Positions 48,100-58,157 of a stretch of DNA of 64,000 bases are shown here, one piece after another. Each line of letters begins with the position of its first letter. Position 1 is the stretch's first letter. The stretch comes from a virus. Below the pieces are notes generated by a model. That model saw only the letters and a program-made list of their open reading frames with translations. It had not been told where the DNA came from and did no database searches. The position numbers were made by a program, and so were the translations under genes. Location of the stretch: IMG/VR virus record IMGVR_UViG_3300020048_003650, positions 32,001-96,000 of that record, one strand, 5' to 3'.

Positions 48100-49001
48100 A
48101 ACATGATTACAGATTAGGCGATTGTTTTGAACATCTCGCCTCTATACAGGACAACTCGGTCGATCTATGTCTAACCGACCCGCCATACTTTATAGATGGA
48201 TTGGGCGATGAATGGGACACTGATAAAATTAAAGCCAGTATTTCGACCAACGCCACGTCTACCATCAAGTCCTTGCCAGTTGGTATGAAGTTTGACCCAT
48301 CTCAAGGTCCACGTTTTCAAGAATTCATGGAACGAGTCTCCACGGAAGTATTTAGAGTTCTTAAACCTGGCGGATTTTATGTTGCTTTCAGTCAAGCGAG
48401 ACTGTATCATCGACTGGGCATTGCCGTTGAAAATTGCGGATTTGAAATTAGAGACATGTTAGGCTGGACTTATCAGGGACAAGCCAAAGCATTTAGTCAA
48501 GATCATATCATTCGTAAGCAAAAAAACTTAACCGAAGACGAAAAGACCTCACTGATAAAAGAGTTAGATGGCTGGAAAACTCCACAATTAAAACCCTGTA
48601 TCGAACCGATGACTTTGGCACAAAAACCCATAGAGGGTAAGTTTATCGATAATTGGCAAAAGTGGGGTGTGGGGTTAATTAACACTAATCAGCGTTGGGA
48701 CGACAGTTTTCCTGGAAATATTATCGGGTGTAATAAGCCCACCAAAAAAGAAAAGGGAGATTACAATAATCATGTGAGTGTTAAGCCTCTAGAGTTATGT
48801 GAGCATTTAATAAAACTTTTAACCAGAGAAAACGCCATCGTTCTGGATCCATTTTTAGGTTCAGGTACTACGCTAATAGCCGCTGAAAATACTCAACGCA
48901 GATGTATTGGATTTGAATTATCATCTGAGTACTTTGATATTATACAACGTAGGCTAAGTACGGCGACCCATTATAATAAAATTTTAGGATTTGATAGTTG
49001 A
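48096..49001 (+). CDS. Beta-class N4/N6 DNA methyltransferase
   Basis: LTDPPY, H.SVKP..L..LI, DPFLGSGTT, IGFE. Confidence 0.92.
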   Translation: MKHDYRLGDCFEHLASIQDNSVDLCLTDPPYFIDGLGDEWDTDKIKASISTNATSTIKSLPVGMKFDPSQGPRFQEFMERVSTEVFRVLKPGGFYVAFSQARLYHRLGIAVENCGFEIRDMLGWTYQGQAKAFSQDHIIRKQKNLTEDEKTSLIKELDGWKTPQLKPCIEPMTLAQKPIEGKFIDNWQKWGVGLINTNQRWDDSFPGNIIGCNKPTKKEKGDYNNHVSVKPLELCEHLIKLLTRENAIVLDPFLGSGTTLIAAENTQRRCIGFELSSEYFDIIQRRLSTATHYNKILGFDS

Positions 49002-49205
49002 ATGAACTCACTTCTCAACTACATTGGTCACAAGTCAAAAATCGTCAACCAAATCAAGATGTATTTGCCTGAGACTGTTATTGAACTGGCTAAAAAATAT
49101 CGAAAATGGGCAAGCGCTGGCAACAAAACCGTAGAGCGTGGCTCTAAAATCAATCGAGAAGTCTTAGTACTATCATATCGGTCGCCAATAATTCAAATCG
49201 TTTAA
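49002..49205 (+). pseudogene. Internally deleted Dam-like MTase
   Basis: Dam-type N-terminus LLNYIGHKSKIVNQI..YLP joined to C-terminal EVLVLSY; catalytic motifs missing. Confidence 0.7.
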
Positions 49206-49269
49206 TACCAATTACACTTGACAATAAATCACAACTATGATACAATGTAGTTATTGTGAGGTAAATTCT

Positions 49270-49476
49270 ATGTTAAAAAATAAAGTATCTATTAGTATTC
49301 GTGAACTTGAAGTCATCAATAAAATTGTAGAGGAAAACACAATTACTGATTCTATTGATTTAGTTATCAGGGATGGCAGCGGCGTTGGCTATACATTAGA
49401 TTTGGAATTTGAAACCGTTCTAAATGATAGAACAGTAACAGTTAGAATTCCGGTAACTACCATCAACGACTGGTAA
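49270..49476 (+). CDS. Hypothetical protein
   Basis: Promoter TTGACA(49218)-N17-TACAAT; GAGG SD. Confidence 0.65.
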   Translation: MLKNKVSISIRELEVINKIVEENTITDSIDLVIRDGSGVGYTLDLEFETVLNDRTVTVRIPVTTINDW

Positions 49477-49490
49477 AATTAGGAAAAATT

Positions 49491-50402
49491 ATGCGTATTA
49501 AAGTTGTTTCCGATCTGCATCTTGAGTTTAGTGATATCCTTATCAACAACGACGAGGGCGCAGATGTTCTCATCTTGGGCGGTGATATCATGACTGCACA
49601 GGATCTGCACGATCACCCACCTATACTTGATACTCGCGAACAATGGTTGATTGCTAGTGGAACTGGACTGAGTAAACGTCAGCAATTGGCACAACGATAT
49701 CGTGATTTTCTACAGCGTTGCAGTTCACAATTTCCCCATGTTATTTTCATTGCAGGAAATCATGAATTCTATCAAAGCAAGTTCTATGCTGCCATCGACT
49801 ATCTACGTGATGAGTGTGCACGTTATCCTAATGTCCACTTTTTAGAGCGTGACACCAAAATAATTGACGGTGTTGTGTTTGTTGGCGGGACACTATGGAC
49901 AGATATGAATCGCGGAGACCCACTGACTCAGCACGCTATTCGTGACATGATGAATGATTTTCGTATTATCAGAAACGATCATCGTGAATATGCTAGATTG
50001 ACTCCACGGGATGCCATGGAACGACATATTCAAACAAAGCAATACTTCAAACAGGTATTACAGAATCACCCTAACGACAGATGTGTTGTGGTCGGTCATC
50101 ACGGTCCTACTTTTCAGAGCGTGCACGAACAATATCAACATGATACCTTAATGAACGGCGGATATCACAGCGACTTAAGTGAATTTATTTTAGATCACCC
50201 ACAAATCAAATTATGGACACTTGGTCATACTCATCACAGTCACTGGTATTATGTAGGTGATACACTGGTAGTGTGTAATCCTCGTGGTTACCAAACTGAT
50301 GGTTATGTGGAGCATACTGGTTTTCAATCAAATTTTGTGGTGGATTTAGACAATATGCCAGATCCTACATACGTCAGTGATCATTACGATGGCCACCCAT
50401 AA
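49491..50402 (+). CDS. Calcineurin-like metallophosphoesterase
   Basis: SDLHLE, GGDI, GNHE, TLWTD, HHGP, GHTH, NPRGY. Confidence 0.9.
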   Translation: MRIKVVSDLHLEFSDILINNDEGADVLILGGDIMTAQDLHDHPPILDTREQWLIASGTGLSKRQQLAQRYRDFLQRCSSQFPHVIFIAGNHEFYQSKFYAAIDYLRDECARYPNVHFLERDTKIIDGVVFVGGTLWTDMNRGDPLTQHAIRDMMNDFRIIRNDHREYARLTPRDAMERHIQTKQYFKQVLQNHPNDRCVVVGHHGPTFQSVHEQYQHDTLMNGGYHSDLSEFILDHPQIKLWTLGHTHHSHWYYVGDTLVVCNPRGYQTDGYVEHTGFQSNFVVDLDNMPDPTYVSDHYDGHP

Positions 50403-50528
50403 CAACGATTTTGGATACATGATGTACATTGTGTATCCAAAACATATTGACTAATATCACTGTATATGTTAATATGTCTTTACACTGAAATAACAGTGAA
50501 ACTTAACTTAACTTTAAAGGAAATAAAG

Positions 50529-50792
50529 ATGAAAACAGTATCTAAACAAGCACGTTTGACAGAAGCATTTTTGGCAGGTCAAGAGTTGACAGTTGGTCAG
50601 ATTAAGAGCCGTTACGGTATCGCTAATCCAACAGCTACAATCTCCGAGATCCGTTTCGCTGGCTATGCTATCTACGCTAACAAGCGTAAGAACAGCGTTG
50701 GCGAAGTTCACACCAAGTATCGCTTGGGCACACCAACACGTAAAGTTGTTGCTGCTGGCTACCGTGCATTAGCAATGGGCCTGGTCGCCTAA
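50529..50792 (+). CDS. Small basic HTH-like DNA-binding protein
   Basis: G.ELT..QI...I.NP.A.IS.IR..G, YRLG.P; AAGGA SD. Confidence 0.65.
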   Translation: MKTVSKQARLTEAFLAGQELTVGQIKSRYGIANPTATISEIRFAGYAIYANKRKNSVGEVHTKYRLGTPTRKVVAAGYRALAMGLVA

Positions 50793-50899
50793 TAGTCAAC
50801 ACCACCGAAATTTCATCGGTGTCTACTAGAGATTTTGACTACAGTAGTAAAACGGCACTACTATCTCGAAAGCCGTTGCTACTTAATTAGAGACTGACT

Positions 50900-51190
50900 A
50901 TGGAACAACAAACACACGAGGTTATGGCTATTCTACAAGAAGAGTGTAGCGAAGTCACACAGGCAGTCAGTAAATGTTTTAGGTTTGGAATCGATGGTGA
51001 ATACAATAATCGTACCAACAGACAGCGCTTAGAAGAAGAATTAGGCGATGTATTGGCAATGATTGATATCTTAAAATATCAGGGCGTGATTGATGGTGAA
51101 AAATTAGAGTTGTATAAAACTAATAAATTTGTCAAATTAAAACGCTGGTCTACTATTGCAATTGATCCTATCGTGGAATCATTAAAATGA
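50900..51190 (+). CDS. MazG-like NTP pyrophosphohydrolase
   Basis: QEECSEV.QA.SK, LEEELGDV. Confidence 0.8.
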   Translation: MEQQTHEVMAILQEECSEVTQAVSKCFRFGIDGEYNNRTNRQRLEEELGDVLAMIDILKYQGVIDGEKLELYKTNKFVKLKRWSTIAIDPIVESLK

Positions 51191-51510
51191 TGGAACTATT
51201 AGTACTATTTGTATTTGGATTCGTCGTTGCTGCGGGATCTTTTTATCTAGGTTGGAGACAACATGCTAAACACACTGATGATTTTCTAAATTATATTTTA
51301 GAAGAAATAACGGTAGAACTAGTATTAGAAAAGGACAACGGTCAATATTTCTTATATAAAGAAGATGACGGACAATTTGTTTGTCAATCAGAAACTATTG
51401 AGGAGTTGGCAAAATTATTCACTGAACAAATGGGCTCTGAAAAAATTGGACGTGTTAGTGGCAATCAAACTTTTTCCATAGTTGACGGAAAAGTTGAATA
51501 CGAAACATGA
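51187..51510 (+). CDS. Single-TM hypothetical protein
   Basis: N-terminal hydrophobic helix. Confidence 0.65.
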   Translation: MMELLVLFVFGFVVAAGSFYLGWRQHAKHTDDFLNYILEEITVELVLEKDNGQYFLYKEDDGQFVCQSETIEELAKLFTEQMGSEKIGRVSGNQTFSIVDGKVEYET

Positions 51511-51758
51511 TAGGTGATATTTCTATTATGACTCATCAAAATTATCTTGAAAATTCATCGGTGAAAAAAAATTACATCACCACGGAAGAATACGATAAAT
51601 TCAAGAAACAATATTTGATAGATGTATTCAAGGGATTGCGTTACGGTCAATCGTTCTGTAATTATTTTAACATACCAAATGGAACTCCGCTATACTACTT
51701 TAGTGATCACAATACCTGCGAAAATTGGATTATAGATAATTACCTAGAGAAGAAATGA
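51507..51758 (+). CDS. Hypothetical protein
   Basis: RYGQSFCNYF motif; coupled to neighbours. Confidence 0.6.
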   Translation: MIGDISIMTHQNYLENSSVKKNYITTEEYDKFKKQYLIDVFKGLRYGQSFCNYFNIPNGTPLYYFSDHNTCENWIIDNYLEKK

Positions 51759-52219
51759 AAGACAAATTTGTTAATTACTATATGAAATTGGCAGACTTAA
51801 CCAGTGATCTAAGTTCAGCAATAAAACTTAAAGTGGGCAGCGTTATCGTTCGTGATAATCAGATTCTAGCAACAGGATACAACGGCACTCCAAGTGGCTG
51901 GGATAATAGATGTGAAGACGAAATTGTGGATAGTTACGCAGGATTCGAAGGTGCTATCCATGGGGTCAAATTAAAAACCAGACCCGAGGTAATTCATAGT
52001 GAGTCAAACGCTATCTTAAAGGTTGCCAGGAGCACAGAATCCAGCGTCAATGCTACTATGTTCTGTACACACGCACCGTGTATTGATTGTGCAAAATTAA
52101 TATATCAAAGCGGAATAAATACACTGTATTACAGAAATACCTATAGAAGTCAAGAGGGTCTAGAATTCTTGAAAAAGAGCGGGGTCAATGTCCACAGATA
52201 CAGTCAAGAGAACAGTTGA
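51755..52219 (+). CDS. dCMP deaminase
   Basis: KVG, GYNG, HSESNA, PCIDC. Confidence 0.93.
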   Translation: MKDKFVNYYMKLADLTSDLSSAIKLKVGSVIVRDNQILATGYNGTPSGWDNRCEDEIVDSYAGFEGAIHGVKLKTRPEVIHSESNAILKVARSTESSVNATMFCTHAPCIDCAKLIYQSGINTLYYRNTYRSQEGLEFLKKSGVNVHRYSQENS

Positions 52220-52391
52220 TCTGCCATTTAAGTACGGAAAGATACAATCAGTTTTAGACTGGTGTGATGAAAATTGTTTAGGAAACTGGAAACTTGGTGC
52301 TGCTAGTTGGGAAGTGTCAAATGAACCGTCGTGGACTTTTGATTTTGAAAATGAAACTGATTATGTTTTGTTTATGTTAACATGGAAATGA
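52188..52391 (+). CDS. FxLxW-motif small protein (isolated copy)
   Basis: DWCDENC.G.W; ends LFMLTWK. Confidence 0.7.
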   Translation: MSTDTVKRTVDLPFKYGKIQSVLDWCDENCLGNWKLGAASWEVSNEPSWTFDFENETDYVLFMLTWK

Positions 52392-52834
52392 TGTACTTAA
52401 TTACACATATTTTTTACTTTTTATTATGGACACTGTGTTTGTACATTATACACAGAATTGTTCATGTAATCAAATATTTTAAAACATTTCATTACGATCA
52501 TCATGTTTATATATTAAAAAATAAAACAGGATGGCGGTGGAATAATCTACTATTGTTTAGCGATACTTGGCGTAGCACGGTAGATTTATGGACCACCGAG
52601 GTGATTCCAACTGTACTATTTTCGTTAATCACAGGACAATGGTGGATTTCGTTTTTTTACTATTTGTGGGCAGCCTTTCTTCAAGAAAACTTAGAGCACA
52701 ATTGTAATATCAATTATTATCCGTTTACCGCCGGTCGTTGGCATTTAAGACATCACGAACGACCAGATGTAAATTTTGGTTTGTTTTTTCCCATATGGGA
52801 TAAATTATTTAAAACCGAACAGATTGTAAAATAA
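52382..52834 (+). CDS. Fatty-acid hydroxylase/sterol desaturase family
   Basis: HRIVH, HYDHH, HLRHH, NFG...WDKLF.T. Confidence 0.8.
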   Translation: MEMMYLITHIFYFLLWTLCLYIIHRIVHVIKYFKTFHYDHHVYILKNKTGWRWNNLLLFSDTWRSTVDLWTTEVIPTVLFSLITGQWWISFFYYLWAAFLQENLEHNCNINYYPFTAGRWHLRHHERPDVNFGLFFPIWDKLFKTEQIVK

Positions 52835-52861
52835 ATATCTACGACACTAAAGGAAAAATCT

Positions 52862-53530
52862 ATGAATACAGTAACTTATCGTACAGCAGAGGCTGTTAAC
52901 GACGGCATGATTCAGGTATATAAAAATATGTTTTTGGCTGTCATTAACAGTCTGATAGTTAGTTATCTAGTAAGTTCGAATGTGGACTTAATGAGATTTA
53001 TTTTCGATACCCCACTTAAGTGGGTAGTTATTTTTGCTCCGCTAGTCATGGTGTTTGCTATATCAATGATATTGAATCGGGTTTCTCGTTCACAGGCACT
53101 AATGCTATTACATCTATTTGCCGCCGTTATGGGCGTAAGTTTAAGTACCATTTTTATTACATATACTAGTTTCAGCATAGTATCTGCATTCGTGGGTGCT
53201 TCTACTCTATTTGGAACTATGAGCCTATGGGGATACTTGACTAAGCGTAGTCTAGAAAACTGGGGACAATTTCTATTCATCGGTGTTATCGCAATTATAA
53301 TTGCATCTGTCATTAACTTGTTTATCGGTAGCACCGTACTACAAATGACTGTAAGCGCAATTGCGATCATAGTGTTTTCGGGTTTAACTGCCTATGATAG
53401 TCAACAAATACGAGAAATGTTATCAGTAAATTCTGAAAGTAACACCGAAGTGTCAGGCGCCCTTAGTTTGTACATCAACTTTATTAACATTTTTGTATCG
53501 TTACTTCAACTGTTTGGCGATAAAAAATAA
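52862..53530 (+). CDS. Bax inhibitor-1/YccA family membrane protein
   Basis: About 7 TM; TAYDSQ.I, ALSLYINFINIF..LL. Confidence 0.9.
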   Translation: MNTVTYRTAEAVNDGMIQVYKNMFLAVINSLIVSYLVSSNVDLMRFIFDTPLKWVVIFAPLVMVFAISMILNRVSRSQALMLLHLFAAVMGVSLSTIFITYTSFSIVSAFVGASTLFGTMSLWGYLTKRSLENWGQFLFIGVIAIIIASVINLFIGSTVLQMTVSAIAIIVFSGLTAYDSQQIREMLSVNSESNTEVSGALSLYINFINIFVSLLQLFGDKK

Positions 53531-54235
53531 CTAATTTTTTATTTTAAGTAATCGAAGAAATTCAAAAACTTTAATCCAGAACCAGCCAATATCGAATTCC
53601 CACCACCTTAGGCTGAGTTTTGGGTTAGTTGCGTCTAAATGATGATTATTATGTAGTTCTTCGCCGCCGATAATAATGCCTAACGGACTGATATTAGTGC
53701 TACGATCAGTTGTGTTGCCATTACGATATCCCCACCAATGACCTAGTCCGTTGACTACGCCTGCCGCCCAGAAAGGAATCCAAATCATCTGTACTAGCCA
53801 ACAAATAAAACCAACCCATCCAAACACAGCCAAGTTGAACAATAGTAGAAGTCCAACTCCTGCCAGAGGATAACGTTGATAAATGTGTTGCTCTACCCAA
53901 TCATCGGGCGATCCATAACTCAGTTGAGATATTAAGTTAGCATCCTGAGATGACCGACGATACAACCATGCTCCTGCAAACAGTACTTTAAAGATTCCAT
54001 GATAGTGAGGACTATGTGGGTCCTCTGGACCATCACATTTTTGATGATGGTATCTATGAACAGCAACCCATTCACGAGTTACCATGCCAGTAGTTAACCA
54101 TAGCCAGAATCTAAAGAAATGACTTAGTCCGGAATGAAAACTCAAGGAACGATGCGCCATTCCTCGATGTAGATAGATAGTAACACACAGTATTGTAATA
54201 TGTGTCATGATTAAGGTGTAGAGTATCTCGGTCAA
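53531..54235 (-). CDS. Delta-9-type fatty acid desaturase
   Basis: HRGMAH, HRYHH, DPHSP, GEELHNNHH, WWEFDIGW. Confidence 0.92.
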   Translation of the reverse strand: MTEILYTLIMTHITILCVTIYLHRGMAHRSLSFHSGLSHFFRFWLWLTTGMVTREWVAVHRYHHQKCDGPEDPHSPHYHGIFKVLFAGAWLYRRSSQDANLISQLSYGSPDDWVEQHIYQRYPLAGVGLLLLFNLAVFGWVGFICWLVQMIWIPFWAAGVVNGLGHWWGYRNGNTTDRSTNISPLGIIIGGEELHNNHHLDATNPKLSLRWWEFDIGWFWIKVFEFLRLLKIKN

Positions 54236-54304
54236 GTGTTTCTCCTTGTGGTATTTAGCGCTATGTGACGTGTTAATACTAAATACTATTAACGGAGAAA
54301 CAAC

Positions 54305-54616
54305 GTGAACAAATTTTTATTCTGTTTTCTAATATTACCCACAATTGTATTTTCTCAATCAATAGATACTCAAGAATCCTTGGTAGTCAATAAACCCATC
54401 GTATGTGAACGTATTGATATTGTTGCTAAATGGATTACCAGTCCGGAACGAAATCAAAAACCATTTTGGATTGGTGACTCTAAATCTCAGGAGAGTTTTT
54501 ACGGTGTAATTGTAAATGAAAAAACTGGTTCATGGACAATAGTAGAATTTAATCATGAGTTTGCGTGTATTTTAGGAACTGGCAATAAAAACAGACTAAC
54601 GTTGCCCATGAATTAA
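54305..54616 (+). CDS. Secreted hypothetical protein
   Basis: Signal peptide; KPIVC, TGSWTIVEF, ACILGTG. Confidence 0.65.
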   Translation: MNKFLFCFLILPTIVFSQSIDTQESLVVNKPIVCERIDIVAKWITSPERNQKPFWIGDSKSQESFYGVIVNEKTGSWTIVEFNHEFACILGTGNKNRLTLPMN

Positions 54617-54649
54617 TGATAAATACTTAGGTAAACAGGAAGATTTAGC

Positions 54650-55069
54650 ATGATAATCAATGAAATACTAATAGAAAATCCAGAAATCGGAGATAGTATA
54701 GACATAGAGTTCGGAGATGTACTAATCGAATCTACAATTGAAGATATCACGGATGATGGCATAGTTGTTTATCTAGATGAAACTGCCATTAAAATGTTAG
54801 TTGATAGCCGTCGACAGATGAATGAGGCCGAGTATCAGGGACGCAAAGTCTCGTTGGGTAAGCCGTTCATGAACACAGACGGCAAATCAAAACGTAGCGT
54901 TTATGTTAAAAATCCCAAGGGCAATGTTGTCAGGGTTAACTTCGGTCAAAAAGGCGTGAAAATTAAGAAAAATAATCCCGCTAGACGCAAGAGTTTTCGT
55001 GCTAGACATAACTGTAGTAATCCTGGACCAAGACATAAAGCCCGGTACTGGTCATGTAAATTCTGGTGA
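54650..55069 (+). CDS. Late protein with acidic propeptide and basic C-domain
   Basis: MIINEILIE; EAEYQGRKV; RKSFRARHNC...YWSC..W; GATAAATA 54618. Confidence 0.65.
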   Translation: MIINEILIENPEIGDSIDIEFGDVLIESTIEDITDDGIVVYLDETAIKMLVDSRRQMNEAEYQGRKVSLGKPFMNTDGKSKRSVYVKNPKGNVVRVNFGQKGVKIKKNNPARRKSFRARHNCSNPGPRHKARYWSCKFW

Positions 55070-55395
55070 TCGATGTGAATATTCTAGAACTACTTCAAAC
55101 AATTGAGAGTAATTGGCCACTGCTGGCAGTAGTATTTGGATTGGGAGGTGCCTGGTGGCAAGGAGCAGTTTGGTTCAAGCGAGTTAACACATCACTAGAC
55201 TATGCTAACTCTCAACATCGAATTCAACATTCAATGTTATGTGATATTAAAAACAAAACAGAAAATTTAGAAAAACGTATTGATAAAATAGAAATAATTA
55301 CAGTTCAAATTCATGAAGAACTACATGATCAGGAAATAAAATTAGCAGTATTAGAAACAGCCCAACAAGCAAAAAGACGACAATCTAAATTGTAG
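55066..55395 (+). CDS. TM plus coiled-coil protein
   Basis: Hydrophobic segment then heptads. Confidence 0.6.
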   Translation: MIDVNILELLQTIESNWPLLAVVFGLGGAWWQGAVWFKRVNTSLDYANSQHRIQHSMLCDIKNKTENLEKRIDKIEIITVQIHEELHDQEIKLAVLETAQQAKRRQSKL

Positions 55396-55426
55396 ATAAA
55401 TACAGTAATATTAACGGATATTACTA

Positions 55427-57454
55427 ATGAGATTTTATCAAATTCAAAAACTAATAGAACAAGAACAACAAATCGACGAAGTTCGAATGGGTTCAAGTGA
55501 CTTTGCAAAGTTTTTACAAACTCCACTAGCAAAAGAAATGAAGGCTGGATTTGAAGCGGAATTGATATTTCGAGGCGGAGCTGGTGATAGGAGAGACTAT
55601 TATGATTATGACCCCGAATATGAACCAGACTACGATATGAATGAGACTGTATATTCTATCGAAGATATCATAGACTTCTATCGTAACGGAGACTTTGCTG
55701 ATATCGGTAGGGCCCAGGCTATTAGAATTCGTGATGAGATGATGGAAGATTATCTAGAATGGAGATTTGAGCAGCGAATAGAAGATTTTGAATCAAGGGC
55801 CCAACCATTAATTAGTGATTGGATATATGAAAATGAAATTGACGAAGACGATGCACTAGAAGAATATCTTAGAAACGAAATGGAATTAACTGACGAACAA
55901 GTAAAAGAGGCATTAGAGGCAGGCAAGCGTTATGCCAAACGTATTACAAGTTCCAAAATGCAGAAAGAAATACGAGAAGAAGTTCCAGCCTATGATAATT
56001 TTCTAACAGCATCGAATGCCATAGATGAACAGGTATCTAGTAGAGTAGAACAAGCGATTGAAGAGCGTGATGTCATATGGGATAGAGTCGAAGAAGAGTT
56101 TATGGATGATGACGATGGTAATGATTACGGTGAAGAAGAATGGCTAAGATCACGTGACATTAGAACTGCTAGAGACATTGAAGGAGAATATGACTTAAAT
56201 TGGCCTCACATGATTGATGTCAACGATAGTTCAAGTCAAGATGGTGAGTTCAATAAAAGTTATGCAGAAACACTAGCTGATAGCCTAGAACAAGATCTGG
56301 GAGTCACAACCACAGTTAGCGGTGGCTATCATAGTGCAAGACGAGATGAAACTACCTGGATTTTTGAACCAGATAGTAGTTTAGAGGCAGATGACTCTGA
56401 AGACATGCCAGTAGAGATAGTTAGTCCTCCTATGAGTTTGCCAGAAACTAATGAAATTTTACCCAAGTTTTTCAAGTGGGCTGAAGAAAATGGGGCATAT
56501 GCCAACGAGTCGACCGGTTTTCATATGAGTGTTAGTTTACCCAATCACAACCCAGAAGATATTGATTTTACTAAATTGGCATTGTTTTTGGGTGATCAAT
56601 ACGTACTGGATAGTTTTGGCAGAGCGGCTAATACCTATGCTGCCAGTGCACTTGGTAAAATAAAAGGTAAAGCAAAATCAATCGACATCCCCGAAGCGTT
56701 TAAACAGATGAAAACTGACTTATCAAAAATGGCCAGTGATAGTCTTTCAAAATCTAGTGGGTTTGGGAAATACACTAGTATCAACCCTAAAAATGGTTAC
56801 ATAGAGTTTCGCAGTGCCGGCGGCTCAGATTATTTTAATGATATGAAAAAGATACAAAATACTCTGATAAGATATGCCTATGCTACTAGCATTGCCAGTA
56901 ATGATAAAATAGAACGTAACGAGTATGCTAAGAAGTTGTACAAATTATTATCCAGCGTCGAGGACAAAAATAGTGATATTATCAATCTATTCAGTCAGTA
57001 CTCAGCAGGTGTGATGCAGGCGTCGGCATTAAAGAGCCACTTGAAACAACTACAATATGACAGAGAAGTGATTCGTCGCAAGGGAAAGTTCAATTACGAT
57101 GATTCTAGTATGCCACCCCTTGATTGGAATGGCAAGTATCAGATTTACAATACAAAATCACCTGATAATCTTGTCTATGAATTTAACGTAGATACTGATG
57201 ACGAGGCTCTTGCCGCGTTGGCATACTGGCGTAAAAATATCATGAGTCCAAATCTAGATCCATATAACTTCTCGGTCAGACGAAATCGTGACGCTAGTCT
57301 TGTCTCATACGAAATTACTTATGAACAACAAGGTCGAGAGGGTGTCATGCGTGTTAGAGCCGAGTCTGATTCCGCCGCCCGTAGAGATTTTCTAAATCGT
57401 GTGCGTACCAGTGGCGGCGAGCCCGCCACGATACTACGGGTAGATCGAGTGTAG
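55427..57454 (+). CDS. Putative amidoligase (COOH-NH2 ligase type 2)
   Basis: GFEAE, PDSSL, EIVSPP, NESTGFH, KY.SIN, IEFR; GATAAATA 55395. Confidence 0.75.
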   Translation: MRFYQIQKLIEQEQQIDEVRMGSSDFAKFLQTPLAKEMKAGFEAELIFRGGAGDRRDYYDYDPEYEPDYDMNETVYSIEDIIDFYRNGDFADIGRAQAIRIRDEMMEDYLEWRFEQRIEDFESRAQPLISDWIYENEIDEDDALEEYLRNEMELTDEQVKEALEAGKRYAKRITSSKMQKEIREEVPAYDNFLTASNAIDEQVSSRVEQAIEERDVIWDRVEEEFMDDDDGNDYGEEEWLRSRDIRTARDIEGEYDLNWPHMIDVNDSSSQDGEFNKSYAETLADSLEQDLGVTTTVSGGYHSARRDETTWIFEPDSSLEADDSEDMPVEIVSPPMSLPETNEILPKFFKWAEENGAYANESTGFHMSVSLPNHNPEDIDFTKLALFLGDQYVLDSFGRAANTYAASALGKIKGKAKSIDIPEAFKQMKTDLSKMASDSLSKSSGFGKYTSINPKNGYIEFRSAGGSDYFNDMKKIQNTLIRYAYATSIASNDKIERNEYAKKLYKLLSSVEDKNSDIINLFSQYSAGVMQASALKSHLKQLQYDREVIRRKGKFNYDDSSMPPLDWNGKYQIYNTKSPDNLVYEFNVDTDDEALAALAYWRKNIMSPNLDPYNFSVRRNRDASLVSYEITYEQQGREGVMRVRAESDSAARRDFLNRVRTSGGEPATILRVDRV

Positions 57455-57455
57455 T

Positions 57456-58157
57456 ATGAGAGCAAGAGAAATAACTGAAATTGTCAAGATTCCCCGTGGC
57501 GAATTCACTCCTAGTAAGAGCAATATGGAAAAATATAATCCCGCTCTTGACAAGATTTCTAAACCCTTGCCTGGTGGGTCAGGACTGAAATATGTAGTGA
57601 AACGGGACGGCGGCACATTGTCCATTTATATACTAGATCCGGGTGCTTTTTCGGGAGGCGGAGACTTAGTTGGTCAAATTACACTGGGCCGTTTCCACCA
57701 ATTCCCTATTAAAAATGCCTGGCAAGTTGATTCTACCGTGGTTGACCCTGATTATAGGAGTCAAGGCATCGGCAAATCCATGTACGGCGTTATTCTAAGC
57801 ATATTGAAATTGACATTGATTGCCGGCGGGGATCAAACCGAGGGTGGCCAACGTAGTTGGCTAAGTTTAGCCAATATTCCTGGAGTCGAAGTTCGTGGTT
57901 ATGTACCAGTTAGTGACAGTTATTTTTCCGACAATGATTCTAGCAACTTGCAAAAGAAAAAATTCAACCAGTTGATTGACAACATCATGAGCATGGGCGG
58001 CGAATATATAGGTCGTAGCAAGAATGCTCACTATTTTAGTTTTGATGTGGTTCCTGGTACAGGTGAACTAGAGCCAGCAGTTAAAAAAGAATTGAAACTA
58101 TATGGTTATAACGATTTAACCAATCCTGGATTGTATGCTACTTGGAGCGGTAACTAA
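57456..58157 (+). CDS. GNAT-fold acetyltransferase
   Basis: VDPDYRSQGIGKSMY, QT.GG...W. Confidence 0.7.
   Translation: MRAREITEIVKIPRGEFTPSKSNMEKYNPALDKISKPLPGGSGLKYVVKRDGGTLSIYILDPGAFSGGGDLVGQITLGRFHQFPIKNAWQVDSTVVDPDYRSQGIGKSMYGVILSILKLTLIAGGDQTEGGQRSWLSLANIPGVEVRGYVPVSDSYFSDNDSSNLQKKKFNQLIDNIMSMGGEYIGRSKNAHYFSFDVVPGTGELEPAVKKELKLYGYNDLTNPGLYATWSGN

Noticed and set aside
32705-49205. Integron or diversity-generating retroelement behind the arrays
   Set aside because: No integrase, reverse transcriptase, attC-like site or adenine-specific repeat pair was seen in the window.
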